DNA of 64,000 bases from Fimbriimonadales bacterium. Lineage in GTDB: Bacteria > Armatimonadota > Fimbriimonadia > Fimbriimonadales > JABRVX01. The stretch lies in contig BTVI01000009.1 in assembly GCA_045862955.1 (NCBI GenBank), positions 34,814 through 98,813 of the forward strand. The letters run 5' to 3'. The notes below the pieces were generated by a model that saw only the letters and a program-made list of their open reading frames with translations, did no database searches and was not told the origin of the DNA. The position numbers and the translations under genes are program-made. Shown here in pieces: positions 1-10,233 of this stretch (positions within the stretch are counted from its first letter, which is position 1; each line of letters begins with the position of its first letter).

Positions 1-1
1 C

Positions 2-3000
2 CTACTTGGAAAGCCGGAAGTAGCCGTATTCGCAGCTTCCGAACATCTCGAACGCGTAGCCCGGATCCGCATCACGATCCGTGGGCGGCAGGCTAGCACG
101 CACCCACAGCCGGACACCCATCTCCTTACCGGCCTTCAGCGTGAGCCCGACTGCATCACAGCGCGGGATCGCGATCTCCATGCAATACCACCCTTCGGTG
201 TCGCGCCCCCAGGCCCACTTGGTGTCATCTGCCCTGTCGTAAAGTGTGTTGGTCCAGTCCGGCACCCCGCGCTGCTGGACTGGCTCCACGTTGTTCCATA
301 CCATAATGCCTTCGGCTCGTCGCGCTTGGTTGGGGGGTACACCGGCGTCGTCTCGCGGTATCTGAACGTGGAGGCGCAAGTTGTCCGCGCCGTGAAAGTA
401 TCCGTCGGCATTGCAGTCGAGCTGCGGAGACAGCAAGAAGCGGTAGGGGGCACGTGCAGCGATGTAGAGGTATTCGTCATCCCAATTGAGATAAGTCTGC
501 ATGCGGTAGTCCGCTCCTGGCGGTGAGGGCATGGCTTCACGATATATGGATCCGCGTGGGAACGGGGTAACGGCGTTCGGTGTCGAGGCAAAAGCGTCCC
601 ACTCACCGGGAGTTAGCCTACCGTCAATCGTGGGCGACTTCTTCGGACGGTCGTAGGCATAGTCGAACACGGCAAAGGGATACTTCAGGTCGATCTGCTT
701 CGTCAGCATCGGATGCTCGTGCCCGGGCACCGCAGGGTGCATGGTGGATGCCGTCAGATTCTGCAGATCCGATAGCCCATTGCGATAGGAGTTTGGATCG
801 TTAGGATTGGTGCCAGCGCGCTTCTCGTCCCAAACTGCTCGCGGCTCGTCGTCCGGCACGCCGTCGGCGTCCCTGTCGGCAGTGACGATCAGCTTCCCGA
901 AGGCCAGGTTGAGGTAACTATCGAGCGGCATAACGCGGAGGGTGTATGCTAAGAAGTCGTAGTTTTCTCCGAAACGGCCAGCCAGGCCCCACGGCATGTC
1001 GGCGCTCTGATAGCCACGCGTGCCCGAAGCGCCCATCCAACCCTCGGTCAGGTGATGAAACTCGTGGGTACTCAGCCACATATCGCCACCACCCGCGAAG
1101 CAACACCCCGTTGTGTGAGTTAGTTTGCCTCCCCACCACGGAGTCGGCCAGGGATAGGCATAGCAGCAGTTCCCACCGATGACGATAACAGCTCCGAAGT
1201 CGGTCGGCTGCAAACTCTCTTGTGTCGCAAGGGTCAGGACGTCGCGGAACACCTCTTCGCTACTCGAGCCGAGATGGGTGAAGTCTACCGGGCGATCCAC
1301 CTTCAAATACATGCACTTAGGGTCCAGCCGGAACATCGAGTTCGTCCAGTAGAACATGCGCATTCCCTCGTGCGTTCGCACTACCTGGTCGAACCACGCA
1401 TCATCACGTATTGCCGGCGGCGGAGACGTGCCCGAGGGATCGCGCTGGCTCTCGAAGGTTACATGCGCATACGCGATCACGGCTACGGGGACCTGGGAGT
1501 AGGCCATCATTCCCTTCGGTGCGTGTGTCGCGAATCGGTAGCTGATGGAGAGCCCTTCCGCGGGGATGGTGCGCACCGGGGCGGACACAGCGTAGGTGTA
1601 CCGTGTTGCCGGCCTGAGTCCCTTCAACTCCACCCTGTGCTCCGTTCGGAGCTTGCCGTCGCCGAAGATCTCGGCGGATGAGTAGTCCGCAGAAGGTGGT
1701 AGGGTTGCGGCCACGTGGGTGTCCAAAAGGTGCAGCTTCGTGGGTGTGGGCAGGTCGGTTCGCCAGCTGACGGTTGCCGAGTCGGTCCCGATCCGACTGA
1801 CAACCGGCTTGGTCTCGGTTAGCTTGGGTGACAAGATGACAATGCGCTTCTGCCACCCATCGGCGACCACGAGTCGTCCCGCGGAGTCGAGCACGATCTG
1901 CTCGGCGAACACACCTCCCGCCATCGAGCCCTCGTAGGTCGCGATTCGCTTCCCGTCGGCACCGAAGGTCTGAACCCGTTCACCGGTAGAGACGATGAGG
2001 TTGCCGCGTCGGTCAACGGTGACTGCTCGCACGGGCACCTTCAGATCTATCGCATCCGCCATGCCGCTGGTCAGGTCGACGATGTGACAACGGCTGCCAT
2101 CTGCAACATACAGTCTGGAGCCGACGATGCTAAGGTGACGAGGGGAGTCGAGCCCAAGCTCCTCCCCGATTCTGGACCGCACCACGCCTGAGCTGTTAAG
2201 ACAGTATAGGGCGCGACCTGGCGGATCGGACAGCCAGATATCCCCATCGCGAGCCACCGCGATGCCATAGAGAGAACTCGATCCTGGCACCGACCACTCG
2301 CCCGCAGATCGCCCGTCGGCGCGGAACTGTTTGACTCGGTTATCGCCTGCGTCTACCACGTAGATAGTACCCTGGGCGTCGGAAGCAACAGTGACGGGCG
2401 AATGCAACACGCCGTCGCCCAGCTCCTTCATGAGCGCTCCGTCCTGGGTGACTACCTGCACCACTCCTAGCGTACGAACCGGATACGCGATGTTACCGTC
2501 GGGCAACACCGTGACCGACTCCACCCACTCTGGCATCACCTTGCCACGTGGCTTCGCCCGCCAAGCCACTCCCTCTGGTACCGACACGCGAACATCATCG
2601 AACTGGCTGTGGCCCATCGAGGATTGCAGTCCGACGTAGCCCGCGCGGTGGTACATCGGTGCCGAGTCGACGATCTTGCGACCATCCCAGTACACGTCGA
2701 AGGTGCCACGGGAGTTCCAGACATCCATGCGCATCTCGTGCCATGTACCATCGGCATACAAGGACCCGGACGCGCCTCCCGATCCGAGGAAGTATCGTCC
2801 CTTCATCCAGCCGTACATGATAGGAACGTTGCCATCGAAACGTAGCATGTTGCCGCTCTCGCCGGTTCGCTGATCGGCTACGTTCCAATAAAGCCCGCTG
2901 CCCGCGCCGCCGCCAACCAGACGCACACGGGTCTCGATGCGGTGGTCGCAGCGCAGATACAGGTCGCGCACGACTGCTCCCAGATCGTATCCGCCGTGAT

Positions 3001-3190
3001 CTTGGTTCAGAACACCGTCTTTCACATACCAGTGGCCGGCGAAGGCAGACCAATTCTTGGCGAACGCCTCGTCGCCGCCGGAAAAGTCGTCCGAGAAGAT
3101 CGTCGTCCAGCCCACGTCCTGGGGTGCTGTTGGGGCCGAGCTCGCGGCGAAAAACAAAGCATAGCTAACTAATATCGAGAAAATGTGCAT
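2..3190 (-). CDS. Large secreted multidomain protein (ConA/DUF1080-like domain, NHL beta-propeller, FN3-like domain, putative HExxH zinc-binding domain, CBM9-like C-terminus)
   Basis: Signal-peptide-like N-terminus; 'GYVGLQSS..SQFDDVRV'; NHL-type repeats 'IYVVDAGDNRV'; 'ATVSWRTDLPT'; 'THEFHH'; 'PTIDGRLTPGEW..WDDEYLYIA'. GGAGG RBS upstream of ATG 3190/3193. Confidence 0.7.
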   Translation of the reverse strand: MHIFSILVSYALFFAASSAPTAPQDVGWTTIFSDDFSGGDEAFAKNWSAFAGHWYVKDGVLNQDHGGYDLGAVVRDLYLRCDHRIETRVRLVGGGAGSGLYWNVADQRTGESGNMLRFDGNVPIMYGWMKGRYFLGSGGASGSLYADGTWHEMRMDVWNSRGTFDVYWDGRKIVDSAPMYHRAGYVGLQSSMGHSQFDDVRVSVPEGVAWRAKPRGKVMPEWVESVTVLPDGNIAYPVRTLGVVQVVTQDGALMKELGDGVLHSPVTVASDAQGTIYVVDAGDNRVKQFRADGRSAGEWSVPGSSSLYGIAVARDGDIWLSDPPGRALYCLNSSGVVRSRIGEELGLDSPRHLSIVGSRLYVADGSRCHIVDLTSGMADAIDLKVPVRAVTVDRRGNLIVSTGERVQTFGADGKRIATYEGSMAGGVFAEQIVLDSAGRLVVADGWQKRIVILSPKLTETKPVVSRIGTDSATVSWRTDLPTPTKLHLLDTHVAATLPPSADYSSAEIFGDGKLRTEHRVELKGLRPATRYTYAVSAPVRTIPAEGLSISYRFATHAPKGMMAYSQVPVAVIAYAHVTFESQRDPSGTSPPPAIRDDAWFDQVVRTHEGMRMFYWTNSMFRLDPKCMYLKVDRPVDFTHLGSSSEEVFRDVLTLATQESLQPTDFGAVIVIGGNCCYAYPWPTPWWGGKLTHTTGCCFAGGGDMWLSTHEFHHLTEGWMGASGTRGYQSADMPWGLAGRFGENYDFLAYTLRVMPLDSYLNLAFGKLIVTADRDADGVPDDEPRAVWDEKRAGTNPNDPNSYRNGLSDLQNLTASTMHPAVPGHEHPMLTKQIDLKYPFAVFDYAYDRPKKSPTIDGRLTPGEWDAFASTPNAVTPFPRGSIYREAMPSPPGADYRMQTYLNWDDEYLYIAARAPYRFLLSPQLDCNADGYFHGADNLRLHVQIPRDDAGVPPNQARRAEGIMVWNNVEPVQQRGVPDWTNTLYDRADDTKWAWGRDTEGWYCMEIAIPRCDAVGLTLKAGKEMGVRLWVRASLPPTDRDADPGYAFEMFGSCEYGYFRLSK

Positions 3191-3229
3191 CATCGCCTCC
3201 AAAAACTGGCTCGTGCTTCTTCTTGGGCG

Positions 3230-5464
3230 CTATGTTTCCTGCCTGGGCAATAGGTCTACTGCCTCCCGAACGGAAGGCACGACTTCTGGATAGGAGGTCG
3301 CAGGCTCCTCGGGAGACTCCTCGATGAAGCGCTCGGCCACCTCTCGGCAGCTGTCATGGAGCCATTCCATCGAAGGCCTGCGGCCAGCCATGACGCATGT
3401 CCGAAGGTGCTCGATCAGGATCTGCATTCGCGGCCGGTAGTAGTGTTTCACGAGTTCGTACATGTCTCGCCTGGCGTAGTCCAGGAGCGTATCGTAGTGC
3501 TCGAAGTCGATCAGCACCGTGTAGCGAGTGTGTATCTGGCGCCTGGCTTGCTCGCGCGGAAGCCCGAACGGAGGAGCGGTGGCACGCTCGATCTCCGGCT
3601 GAATCCGGTACTCGGGCAGCAGCGCGGCAATCTGCTGAACAGCGTCCAGGCCTTGCAACACCTGCCTTGCCGCCGTCTCGAACTCCCCCCTGTCTTGTGC
3701 GGCCCACATCCGGATGGTTGCTGCCGTCACGACATTGCCGGCATACTCCTTCGAAATGTCTACTAGGTCTCGCTGATAGCACTCCTCCGACTCGAGTAGG
3801 TGTGCTGCGGCAAGTGCGACGTCAGTTGCTTCGCGCAAGGCGGGCACGAAGCCGGCTCGCTTACGCCACCAAGGCTTATCCGGATCGACGGGCGCAAACT
3901 GATAGATAGGCCCGTGCCAGTCATTCATGTCGTACCACGAATATACGGTCTCGACAAGCCTCTCGAGTGCGGGGAGCATTGCATAGGCAGCCTGCTCTCC
4001 ATACCGCCGAACAGCGTAGTCCCTAAGGAAGCCCGCCAGCGACACACCGTCCGGGTTCCAAGCCAACTGACACGCCAGATCGTAGTAGAGTGGGTTGTGA
4101 CGTATCGCCTCGGGCGCATGGTATGACCACTTGGCCGTGGGGTACCGCGTGGCTTCCTCCGCTCCCGCTATAAGACCGGACAAGTCGCCGTGCAAATGGG
4201 TGTTGCCGCCAAAGCAGTGGAAGATGGTCCAGCCCCACGTCTTGCCGAAGAAACCATCGGTCTCGCGGTACAGCTTCGTAAGACCGTCGCTCGTCGTGTA
4301 ATTCGAAGTGAGGTCGTTTAGTACTAGCATCTCCTCCGGAAAGGGTTCGAGCACCGCCCTGATGTGTTCCATCGGCCAGTACTTGCGCTCGACGAAGCCC
4401 CACCCGCTCATCACCCACTTCGCGTGGGTGTTGTGGGCGCGTAGGGCTGCGACCGCGGCTCGCGAGAATGCCCTCTTGGCCTCTTCGCGCTCCTCGAGCG
4501 TGCCGGGCGGTTCCATCTCTGCGTACACATCCAACGCATACAGATCAGATGGTCCCCACAACTGATCTGCCAGTCTTAGCCTAGTGGATAGTAGGTGTTC
4601 GAAGAGGGGATCGGATGGATGCAAGAAGGGCTGGGGCGCATAGTCGAACCACTGCATCTCGAAGTAGCTGGCCTGGGGGTAGACCTCGCGAAAGGTGGGT
4701 GGTACGTGTCCGGTAGTACCCGCTGGCGTCACCACACGAAGTCCTAAGTCGCGCGCGTATTCCGCACACCGCCTGCCCAGCTCCGCATGCACGCGATCTA
4801 CTCGAGAGGGTGGGTCCGCTGAAACACCCATCGTGCGCAGAGTCTCGTAGTCGAGTACCTTGGCGCCGAGTGAGATGTGCAGAACGTTGAAGCCTCGCTT
4901 GACACTCCATTCGATCTCGCGACGCCAATCGTCCCAGCCCCAAAAGCACGAGGTGTAGAATGCCGAGCAGCCCTGGAGGTTCTGACGTCCCTCGAATCTA
5001 GGAATCTTGACTTCATGGATGGCGGGCAACGAGAGGGTGCGACTCCGTGGAACCCGCTCGTGATCGCCGAAGAATCCCACGCGGCAATAATGACCGAGCA
5101 GGTGGTACACCGCATACATGCAGGCCGGCGCCCGTCCGCACGCAATCACTACACAAGGCACTCCCTCGTAGCTCGAGGTCGTCAGCGCAAATCCGTCCCG
5201 GTCTTCGAGCCCATGGGGCAGAACGATGTGCCCTCCATCCAGCAGGTCGCAGATGATGGGATGAGTACCGGGCGAACCTAACACGATGTTGGTACAGGCC
5301 GGTTCGAAACTATCCCATATCGGCAGGCGATGGCCGGTGATAGCATGAACGTACCTGCTCAGCTCCTCGGCTGCACGTCGCTCCAGTGGAGACGCGTAGG
5401 CCGAAAGGGTGATGCAAGCCGTCGGGCCGTCATCCGTGACGATAGGCATCGAATCGGGGGTCAT
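3230..5464 (-). CDS. Alpha-N-acetylglucosaminidase-like glycoside hydrolase (GH89-like)
   Basis: 'FWGWDDWRREIEW', 'FHCFGGNTHLHG', 'APEAIRHNPLYYDL..LAW', 'LLDYARR...LVKHYYRPR' match NAGLU-family motifs; start chosen by GGAG RBS. Confidence 0.75.
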   Translation of the reverse strand: MTPDSMPIVTDDGPTACITLSAYASPLERRAAEELSRYVHAITGHRLPIWDSFEPACTNIVLGSPGTHPIICDLLDGGHIVLPHGLEDRDGFALTTSSYEGVPCVVIACGRAPACMYAVYHLLGHYCRVGFFGDHERVPRSRTLSLPAIHEVKIPRFEGRQNLQGCSAFYTSCFWGWDDWRREIEWSVKRGFNVLHISLGAKVLDYETLRTMGVSADPPSRVDRVHAELGRRCAEYARDLGLRVVTPAGTTGHVPPTFREVYPQASYFEMQWFDYAPQPFLHPSDPLFEHLLSTRLRLADQLWGPSDLYALDVYAEMEPPGTLEEREEAKRAFSRAAVAALRAHNTHAKWVMSGWGFVERKYWPMEHIRAVLEPFPEEMLVLNDLTSNYTTSDGLTKLYRETDGFFGKTWGWTIFHCFGGNTHLHGDLSGLIAGAEEATRYPTAKWSYHAPEAIRHNPLYYDLACQLAWNPDGVSLAGFLRDYAVRRYGEQAAYAMLPALERLVETVYSWYDMNDWHGPIYQFAPVDPDKPWWRKRAGFVPALREATDVALAAAHLLESEECYQRDLVDISKEYAGNVVTAATIRMWAAQDRGEFETAARQVLQGLDAVQQIAALLPEYRIQPEIERATAPPFGLPREQARRQIHTRYTVLIDFEHYDTLLDYARRDMYELVKHYYRPRMQILIEHLRTCVMAGRRPSMEWLHDSCREVAERFIEESPEEPATSYPEVVPSVREAVDLLPRQET

Positions 5465-5654
5465 GTGGTTCTCCGCTGCGCAATCCGGTCTGTGCATCTC
5501 GATTCGACACCGGGCCGAGGCTACCCTTTGGCCGAAGAAGGAAGGGACATCAGACCTGTGCACGCAGGAGAGACCTCAGCCATCCAATAATCCTAGTCCC
5601 AGACCGTTCGCCGATGAACGGTTCGCATCTCGACGCAGAGATCGGAGGATGACG

Positions 5655-6152
5655 ATGGCCGAAACCGAGGCCAATCTGAAGGAAGCTTTCGCGGGTGAGA
5701 GCCAAGCCAACCGCGAGTACGTTGCCTTCGCGCGCAGAGCCGAGCAGGACGGGTTTCCCGGAATCGCCCGTCTATTCCGCACCGCGGCCGAGGCGGAGAC
5801 CATGCACGCGCTCGGGCACCTAGCGGCAATGGATGGGATCGGCAGCACCGCCGACAACCTTCGTGCTGCCATCCAGGGCGAGACATACGAGTTCACTGAG
5901 ATGTACCCACCGATGCTGCAGCAGGCGGAGGCCGAGGGCCATCGTGCCAAGCGCATGTTCAACTACGCGATGAAGGCAGAGGCCGTGCACGCGAAGATCT
6001 ATGCGATGGCGTTGGAAGCCGTCGAGCAGGGCAGAGACCTGGAAGCGGTGGACTTCTACCTGTGCCCTGTGTGTGGTCACATCGAGCTGGGCAAGGCACC
6101 CGACTCGTGTCCGATCTGCGGCGCACCCAAGGAGAAGTTCGTACTGAGCTAG
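5655..6152 (+). CDS. rbr: Rubrerythrin family protein
   Basis: 'NLKEAFAGESQANREY', ExxH diiron motifs, C-terminal CPVCG..CPICG rubredoxin knuckle; GGAGG RBS. Confidence 0.93.
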   Translation: MAETEANLKEAFAGESQANREYVAFARRAEQDGFPGIARLFRTAAEAETMHALGHLAAMDGIGSTADNLRAAIQGETYEFTEMYPPMLQQAEAEGHRAKRMFNYAMKAEAVHAKIYAMALEAVEQGRDLEAVDFYLCPVCGHIELGKAPDSCPICGAPKEKFVLS

Positions 6153-6191
6153 GCGTTAGCACTTCCGCAGCGATGTATGAAGGATGAGTGA

Positions 6192-6671
6192 ATGGCCGGT
6201 GCCCAGCAGCTGAAGTCGGCTATGTACCTGGCAGGATGGGTGATCCTGTGCTTCGGTGTCGCTGCCGTCGGCTCACGCTACATGCCTGGGGAGTGGTACG
6301 AGTCCCTGGCCAAGCCCGACTGGAACCCACCTAACTGGGTCTTCGCGCCGGTGTGGACGGTGCTCTACCTCATGATGGCTACTGCCGCCTGGCGCGTGAC
6401 GATCAAGGGGCCAACCGGCTCTCGCAGGATGCCGTTGTTGCTCTTCGTGCTACAACTGCTGCTCAACGGTGTGTGGTCCTGGTTATTTTTCGGCCTGCGG
6501 AGTCCTGGACTGGCTTTCACGGACATAGTTGCCCTCTGGGTGGTGCTGCTGATCACCGTTGCGTGCTTTTGGCGCGCCGACCGCCTGGCCGGGCTATTGC
6601 TGATACCCTACTTCGCCTGGGTCTCCTTCGCCCTCACCCTCAATCTCGCGATCTGGACCTTGAACCCTTAG
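6192..6671 (+). CDS. tspO: TspO/MBR family tryptophan-rich sensory protein
   Basis: 'WYESLAKPDWNPPNWVFAPVWTVLY', 'QLLLNGVWSWLFF', 'LLIPYFAWVSFA'. Confidence 0.93.
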   Translation: MAGAQQLKSAMYLAGWVILCFGVAAVGSRYMPGEWYESLAKPDWNPPNWVFAPVWTVLYLMMATAAWRVTIKGPTGSRRMPLLLFVLQLLLNGVWSWLFFGLRSPGLAFTDIVALWVVLLITVACFWRADRLAGLLLIPYFAWVSFALTLNLAIWTLNP

Positions 6672-6918
6672 GCCCGCGAGTCGTGGGAGGTAGCGAGCGG
6701 CACCTCTGACCATCGCATTCGTGGAGCGATCCTGGGCCGCCAGTGCGTCACAAGGCTGCTGCGTTCCAAGAGAGAGTGCTTGTTGGGCGTCGAGCGCCGT
6801 CGGAGCTGGAACCGTCGTCTTGCCAGCCTTCCAAGTCCCCTCTGCCGACCGAGCAGTCGTTCCTGGAGCCGGGCCGTCGCTGCGCCTAAGAACACCGTCT
6901 TCGGGCGCCCTCCCGGGT

Positions 6919-7006
6919 GCCGGTGGAGGAAAGAACCAGAAAAGCACAAGTGGGTCGGTGCTGGCGTCTCCGTAGAGGGGGGCCGGTGGAGGAAAAAATC
7001 AGAAAA
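6919..7006 (+). repeat. 25-bp direct repeat pair upstream of the cas operon
   Basis: GCCGGTGGAGGAAAGAACCAGAAAA (6919-6943) and GCCGGTGGAGGAAAAAATCAGAAAA (6982-7006); 23/25 identical, 63-bp period. Confidence 0.7.
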
Positions 7007-7124
7007 CCGCAGGAGGGGACGAGAAGGAATCGGCGAGCGAACGTCGAAAGGTATCGCCATAGATGTATCGGTGTCCCGAGCATGGGCTAGGGTCACGCGA
7101 TTTGCATTCGGAGGGAGTAGGCTA

Positions 7125-8444
7125 ATGCGAAGAGTAGCTTCCGCACCTAGCTTCAGTATCGTTCCGCCCGAACGAAAGGCAATCTGGGAGGGCGAGATCC
7201 ACGTCGTCACGCCGATGTTCGGTGGGTCGGCGACGGCCGGCCAAGTGGACCCCGGGCGCCCCGTGAATGCGAAGATGGTTCGCGGCCACCTGCGCTTCTG
7301 GTGGCGGGCCTGCCGGGCGGCTCAATTCGAGAGCGCGAAGGATCTGTTCGACGCCGAAGCCGCACTTTGGGGCTCGACGGAGACGCCGTCGGCCCTAGAC
7401 CTGGTGCTCGAAGTGCGTTCCTCCGGCAACAGCCGAGCCTGTGCGCGTTACGAGAAGAGGCCCGATGGCACTTACAAATCGCTGCCTGCCTTCGCATCAG
7501 GCTATCCGCCGTACGCACTGTTCCCATTTCAAGGCAAGGCAGAAAGGACCACGATACAAATTCAGCCGGCTGAAGCACTCGAGGGTGTTCGATTTAGCCT
7601 CCGAATCCTTCCCTCGCAAAGCATCAGAAGTGACGCTCTCGACGGCGTTGCTGACGGGGTTCTAGCGGCGTTGTGGGCATGGCTGCTGTTCGGCGGCGTG
7701 GGTGCGAGGACCCGCCGGGGTTGTGGCAGCCTGTACACCAACGGCTGGCCCTTCGAAGGTCTGCAAGCCAATGCCCTCGAGGCGATCTCGAAGCTCAAGT
7801 CTGAGTTTCTCCATTCTGGAGCCCGCTCCCTGCCGATACCAGCGCTGTGTGGAGCAGGCTTGCTGGTCGGGACGCAACTGCAAGGCCACCTCGACGCTTG
7901 GAGCGCTGCAGTGAACACGATGCGCGACTTTCGACAGTCCGTTGGCTTCGCGAGAAATCGTGGTCAGCAACACAATCGTCCTGGTCGCAGTCGCTGGCCA
8001 GAGGCGGATAGTATCCGCGAGTATGCTCATGTTGCAGCGCCCGGGCATCGTCCCAGTCATCCGGCACGTCCTTTCTTCCCGCGCGCGGATCTGGGCATGC
8101 CGATCGTGTTTCACTTCCAAAGCCGCGAAGACCCGTCGGACTACATCGTGGGGCCGAAGGAAGATGGCAAGCAGCGCATGGCCTCCCCTATCATCCTCAA
8201 ACCGCTCGCAGTTTCCGTCAAAGCCGCCTACCCGATCGCGCTACTACTAAATGCCCCTCATGTTTGGGACCGAGAGGCCCCGAAGCCTTACGCGAACAAC
8301 AAACCGCTGGGACATAGCGAGCTCGCGGATGGTAGCAAAGTCGCGAAGGTACCGCCTCTGACTGACATGGGTAACAAGAACGCCCGCGATGCGTTCATGG
8401 CCTTCTTCAAGCAAAAGACCAACGCAAAGGAGGTGAAGCTGTGA
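7125..8444 (+). CDS. cmr1: Type III-B RAMP protein Cmr1
   Basis: 'VVTPMFGG', 'VRGHLRFWWRA', 'FGGVGARTRRGCGSL', 'PRADLGMPIVFHF', 'RMASPIILKP'; ATG 7125 follows GGAG. Confidence 0.92.
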   Translation: MRRVASAPSFSIVPPERKAIWEGEIHVVTPMFGGSATAGQVDPGRPVNAKMVRGHLRFWWRACRAAQFESAKDLFDAEAALWGSTETPSALDLVLEVRSSGNSRACARYEKRPDGTYKSLPAFASGYPPYALFPFQGKAERTTIQIQPAEALEGVRFSLRILPSQSIRSDALDGVADGVLAALWAWLLFGGVGARTRRGCGSLYTNGWPFEGLQANALEAISKLKSEFLHSGARSLPIPALCGAGLLVGTQLQGHLDAWSAAVNTMRDFRQSVGFARNRGQQHNRPGRSRWPEADSIREYAHVAAPGHRPSHPARPFFPRADLGMPIVFHFQSREDPSDYIVGPKEDGKQRMASPIILKPLAVSVKAAYPIALLLNAPHVWDREAPKPYANNKPLGHSELADGSKVAKVPPLTDMGNKNARDAFMAFFKQKTNAKEVKL

Positions 8445-10231
8445 GCTACTTGTTCGCGGTATCGCTGGGTCCGGTACAGGGCTTCATCCAAGCGGCTCGA
8501 AAGACGCGGGACCTTTGGTATGGCTCCGAGATGCTGAGCGAGATGTCACGCGAGGTGGCGAAGATGCTGCGTGACCGTGGCGCCGAGCTGATCTTCCCCT
8601 CGCCACAAGCGCTAGAGATGGACCACAGCGGTGCACAGCCAACGGGGAGTCGGCAGCCTGCAATCGCCAACAAGATACTGGTGGAGGTGAGCACGAACCC
8701 CCAGCCACTGGCAGAAGCCGTCGGGCAGGTGGTAAGCGAGTTCCTCGATAAGCAGCGGAATGCCGCAGTGGCGAAGGCGAAGGGTCACCTCGAGGGCGTA
8801 CTGAAAGAAGAGCCAATGGGCTCGCAGGTAGCTGCCTTCCCTGAGGTGTACTGCGCATGGTGGCCGATGAACGGAGACTACGAGTGCGCTCGCTTGGAGG
8901 TGGACCGGCTGCTAGCAGGGCGCAAAGCCCTTCGCGATTTCGCACCGAACAACGGCATCGCAGGTCGCCCTAAGTCTTCCCTAGATGGAGCCCTCGAGTC
9001 GGTCACGTACGATACGTCGAAGTTTGACCCTGTCAGGCTAAGGGCGATCGGCTTGAGGCCGGGCGAGGAGTTGGATGGCGTATCGCTGATCAAGCGTGTG
9101 AATGCAGGCGAACGCTTCGTGTCCGTGTCCAGAGTGGCTGTGGACCCGTTCGTGCGCCATCTGAAAGAGAACAAGCCTGACGTGCTCAACGCACTCTGCG
9201 ACAGCGCGCAGACACTGACGGGTACCGACTGGGTGCAAAGATTCAAGGCGGAAGGACGGCTCAAACACTACGATGCCTTTCCATACGACACCCAACTCTT
9301 CTACGGTCCGCCGACCAAACTGGAAGCGAGCGAGGCCCCGGAGCTTGCACCGCAAGCAGAGAACTTCTACAAGATTGCCTCCGGCGCCGGCTCGCCGCCC
9401 CTGTACTACGCGGTGCTGCAGGGTGACGGCGACCGAATGGGAAAGGTACTCGGAAGCCTCGGGGTCAAGGAGAAGCATCAGGAGTTCTCTTCCAAGCTTG
9501 TGGATTTCGCATCTGCGGCGGCCGACATCGTCGCGAATCACCACGGCGCACTGGTCTACAGCGGTGGCGATGACGTATTGGCCTTCTTGCCCCTCGACCA
9601 AGCGCTCGAGTGCGCGGATGAGCTTCAGAGAGAGTTTCGCCGCGTTCTGAGTGCATTCGAGGGTGCGACATTCACCTGCGGCATAGCAATCTGCCACTAC
9701 TCCGAACACCTACAGAACGCGCTGCGCTGGGCGAGAGATGCCGAAAGAGCCGGCAAGAAAGTTCGTAACGCCATCGGCATCCACCTTCATACACGTACCG
9801 CTGGCGAGGAGAAGGTGGAAGTAGTGGACGAGTGGGGAGAGGACCCGGCAGTCCAGAATGCCGAAGGCGCGAGAAAGCATGGTGCCACCGTCAGCCGTCT
9901 GCTGGAGTGGGTGAACCTCTTGCGCGAAGACCGCATCCCGGACGGTGCCATCTTTCAGTTACGGGCTCTACATCGTGAGTTTCGTGATAGCGGAGTAACC
10001 GAAGTGGAAGTTCTTCAGAAGGAGGCGATGCGCATCATCGGGAGAAAGCGCGCCGAGAAGGGCACTAAGCCGCTAGACGAAGAAGACAAGAAGCGGATCG
10101 AGAACAGTATGTTCTCCCAGCCAATCGGCGATTTGAACGCAGCTCTCGATAGCGTCGACCGCTTCGTCAACGAGATGATCATCGCCCGCCATATCGCAAG
10201 AGCGAAAGACGTGGTGGAGAAAGGAGCGTAG
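8441..10231 (+). CDS. cmr2: Type III-B Cas10/Cmr2, HD domain absent, cyclase motifs intact
   Basis: Starts directly at 'SLGPVQGFIQAARKTRDLWYGS'; 'LQGDGDRMG' and 'YSGGDDVLA'. Confidence 0.95.
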   Translation: MSYLFAVSLGPVQGFIQAARKTRDLWYGSEMLSEMSREVAKMLRDRGAELIFPSPQALEMDHSGAQPTGSRQPAIANKILVEVSTNPQPLAEAVGQVVSEFLDKQRNAAVAKAKGHLEGVLKEEPMGSQVAAFPEVYCAWWPMNGDYECARLEVDRLLAGRKALRDFAPNNGIAGRPKSSLDGALESVTYDTSKFDPVRLRAIGLRPGEELDGVSLIKRVNAGERFVSVSRVAVDPFVRHLKENKPDVLNALCDSAQTLTGTDWVQRFKAEGRLKHYDAFPYDTQLFYGPPTKLEASEAPELAPQAENFYKIASGAGSPPLYYAVLQGDGDRMGKVLGSLGVKEKHQEFSSKLVDFASAAADIVANHHGALVYSGGDDVLAFLPLDQALECADELQREFRRVLSAFEGATFTCGIAICHYSEHLQNALRWARDAERAGKKVRNAIGIHLHTRTAGEEKVEVVDEWGEDPAVQNAEGARKHGATVSRLLEWVNLLREDRIPDGAIFQLRALHREFRDSGVTEVEVLQKEAMRIIGRKRAEKGTKPLDEEDKKRIENSMFSQPIGDLNAALDSVDRFVNEMIIARHIARAKDVVEKGA

Positions 10232-10233
10232 CC

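Noticed and set aside
6780..7124. N-terminal extension of Cmr1 in the ORF track; similar extensions on cmr6, cas10, hisF, lipA and pyrE
   Set aside because: Extensions are non-homologous or overlap neighbouring genes; downstream starts fit RBS position and family length. The 14675 extension of cas10 overlaps cas6 and is not an HD domain.
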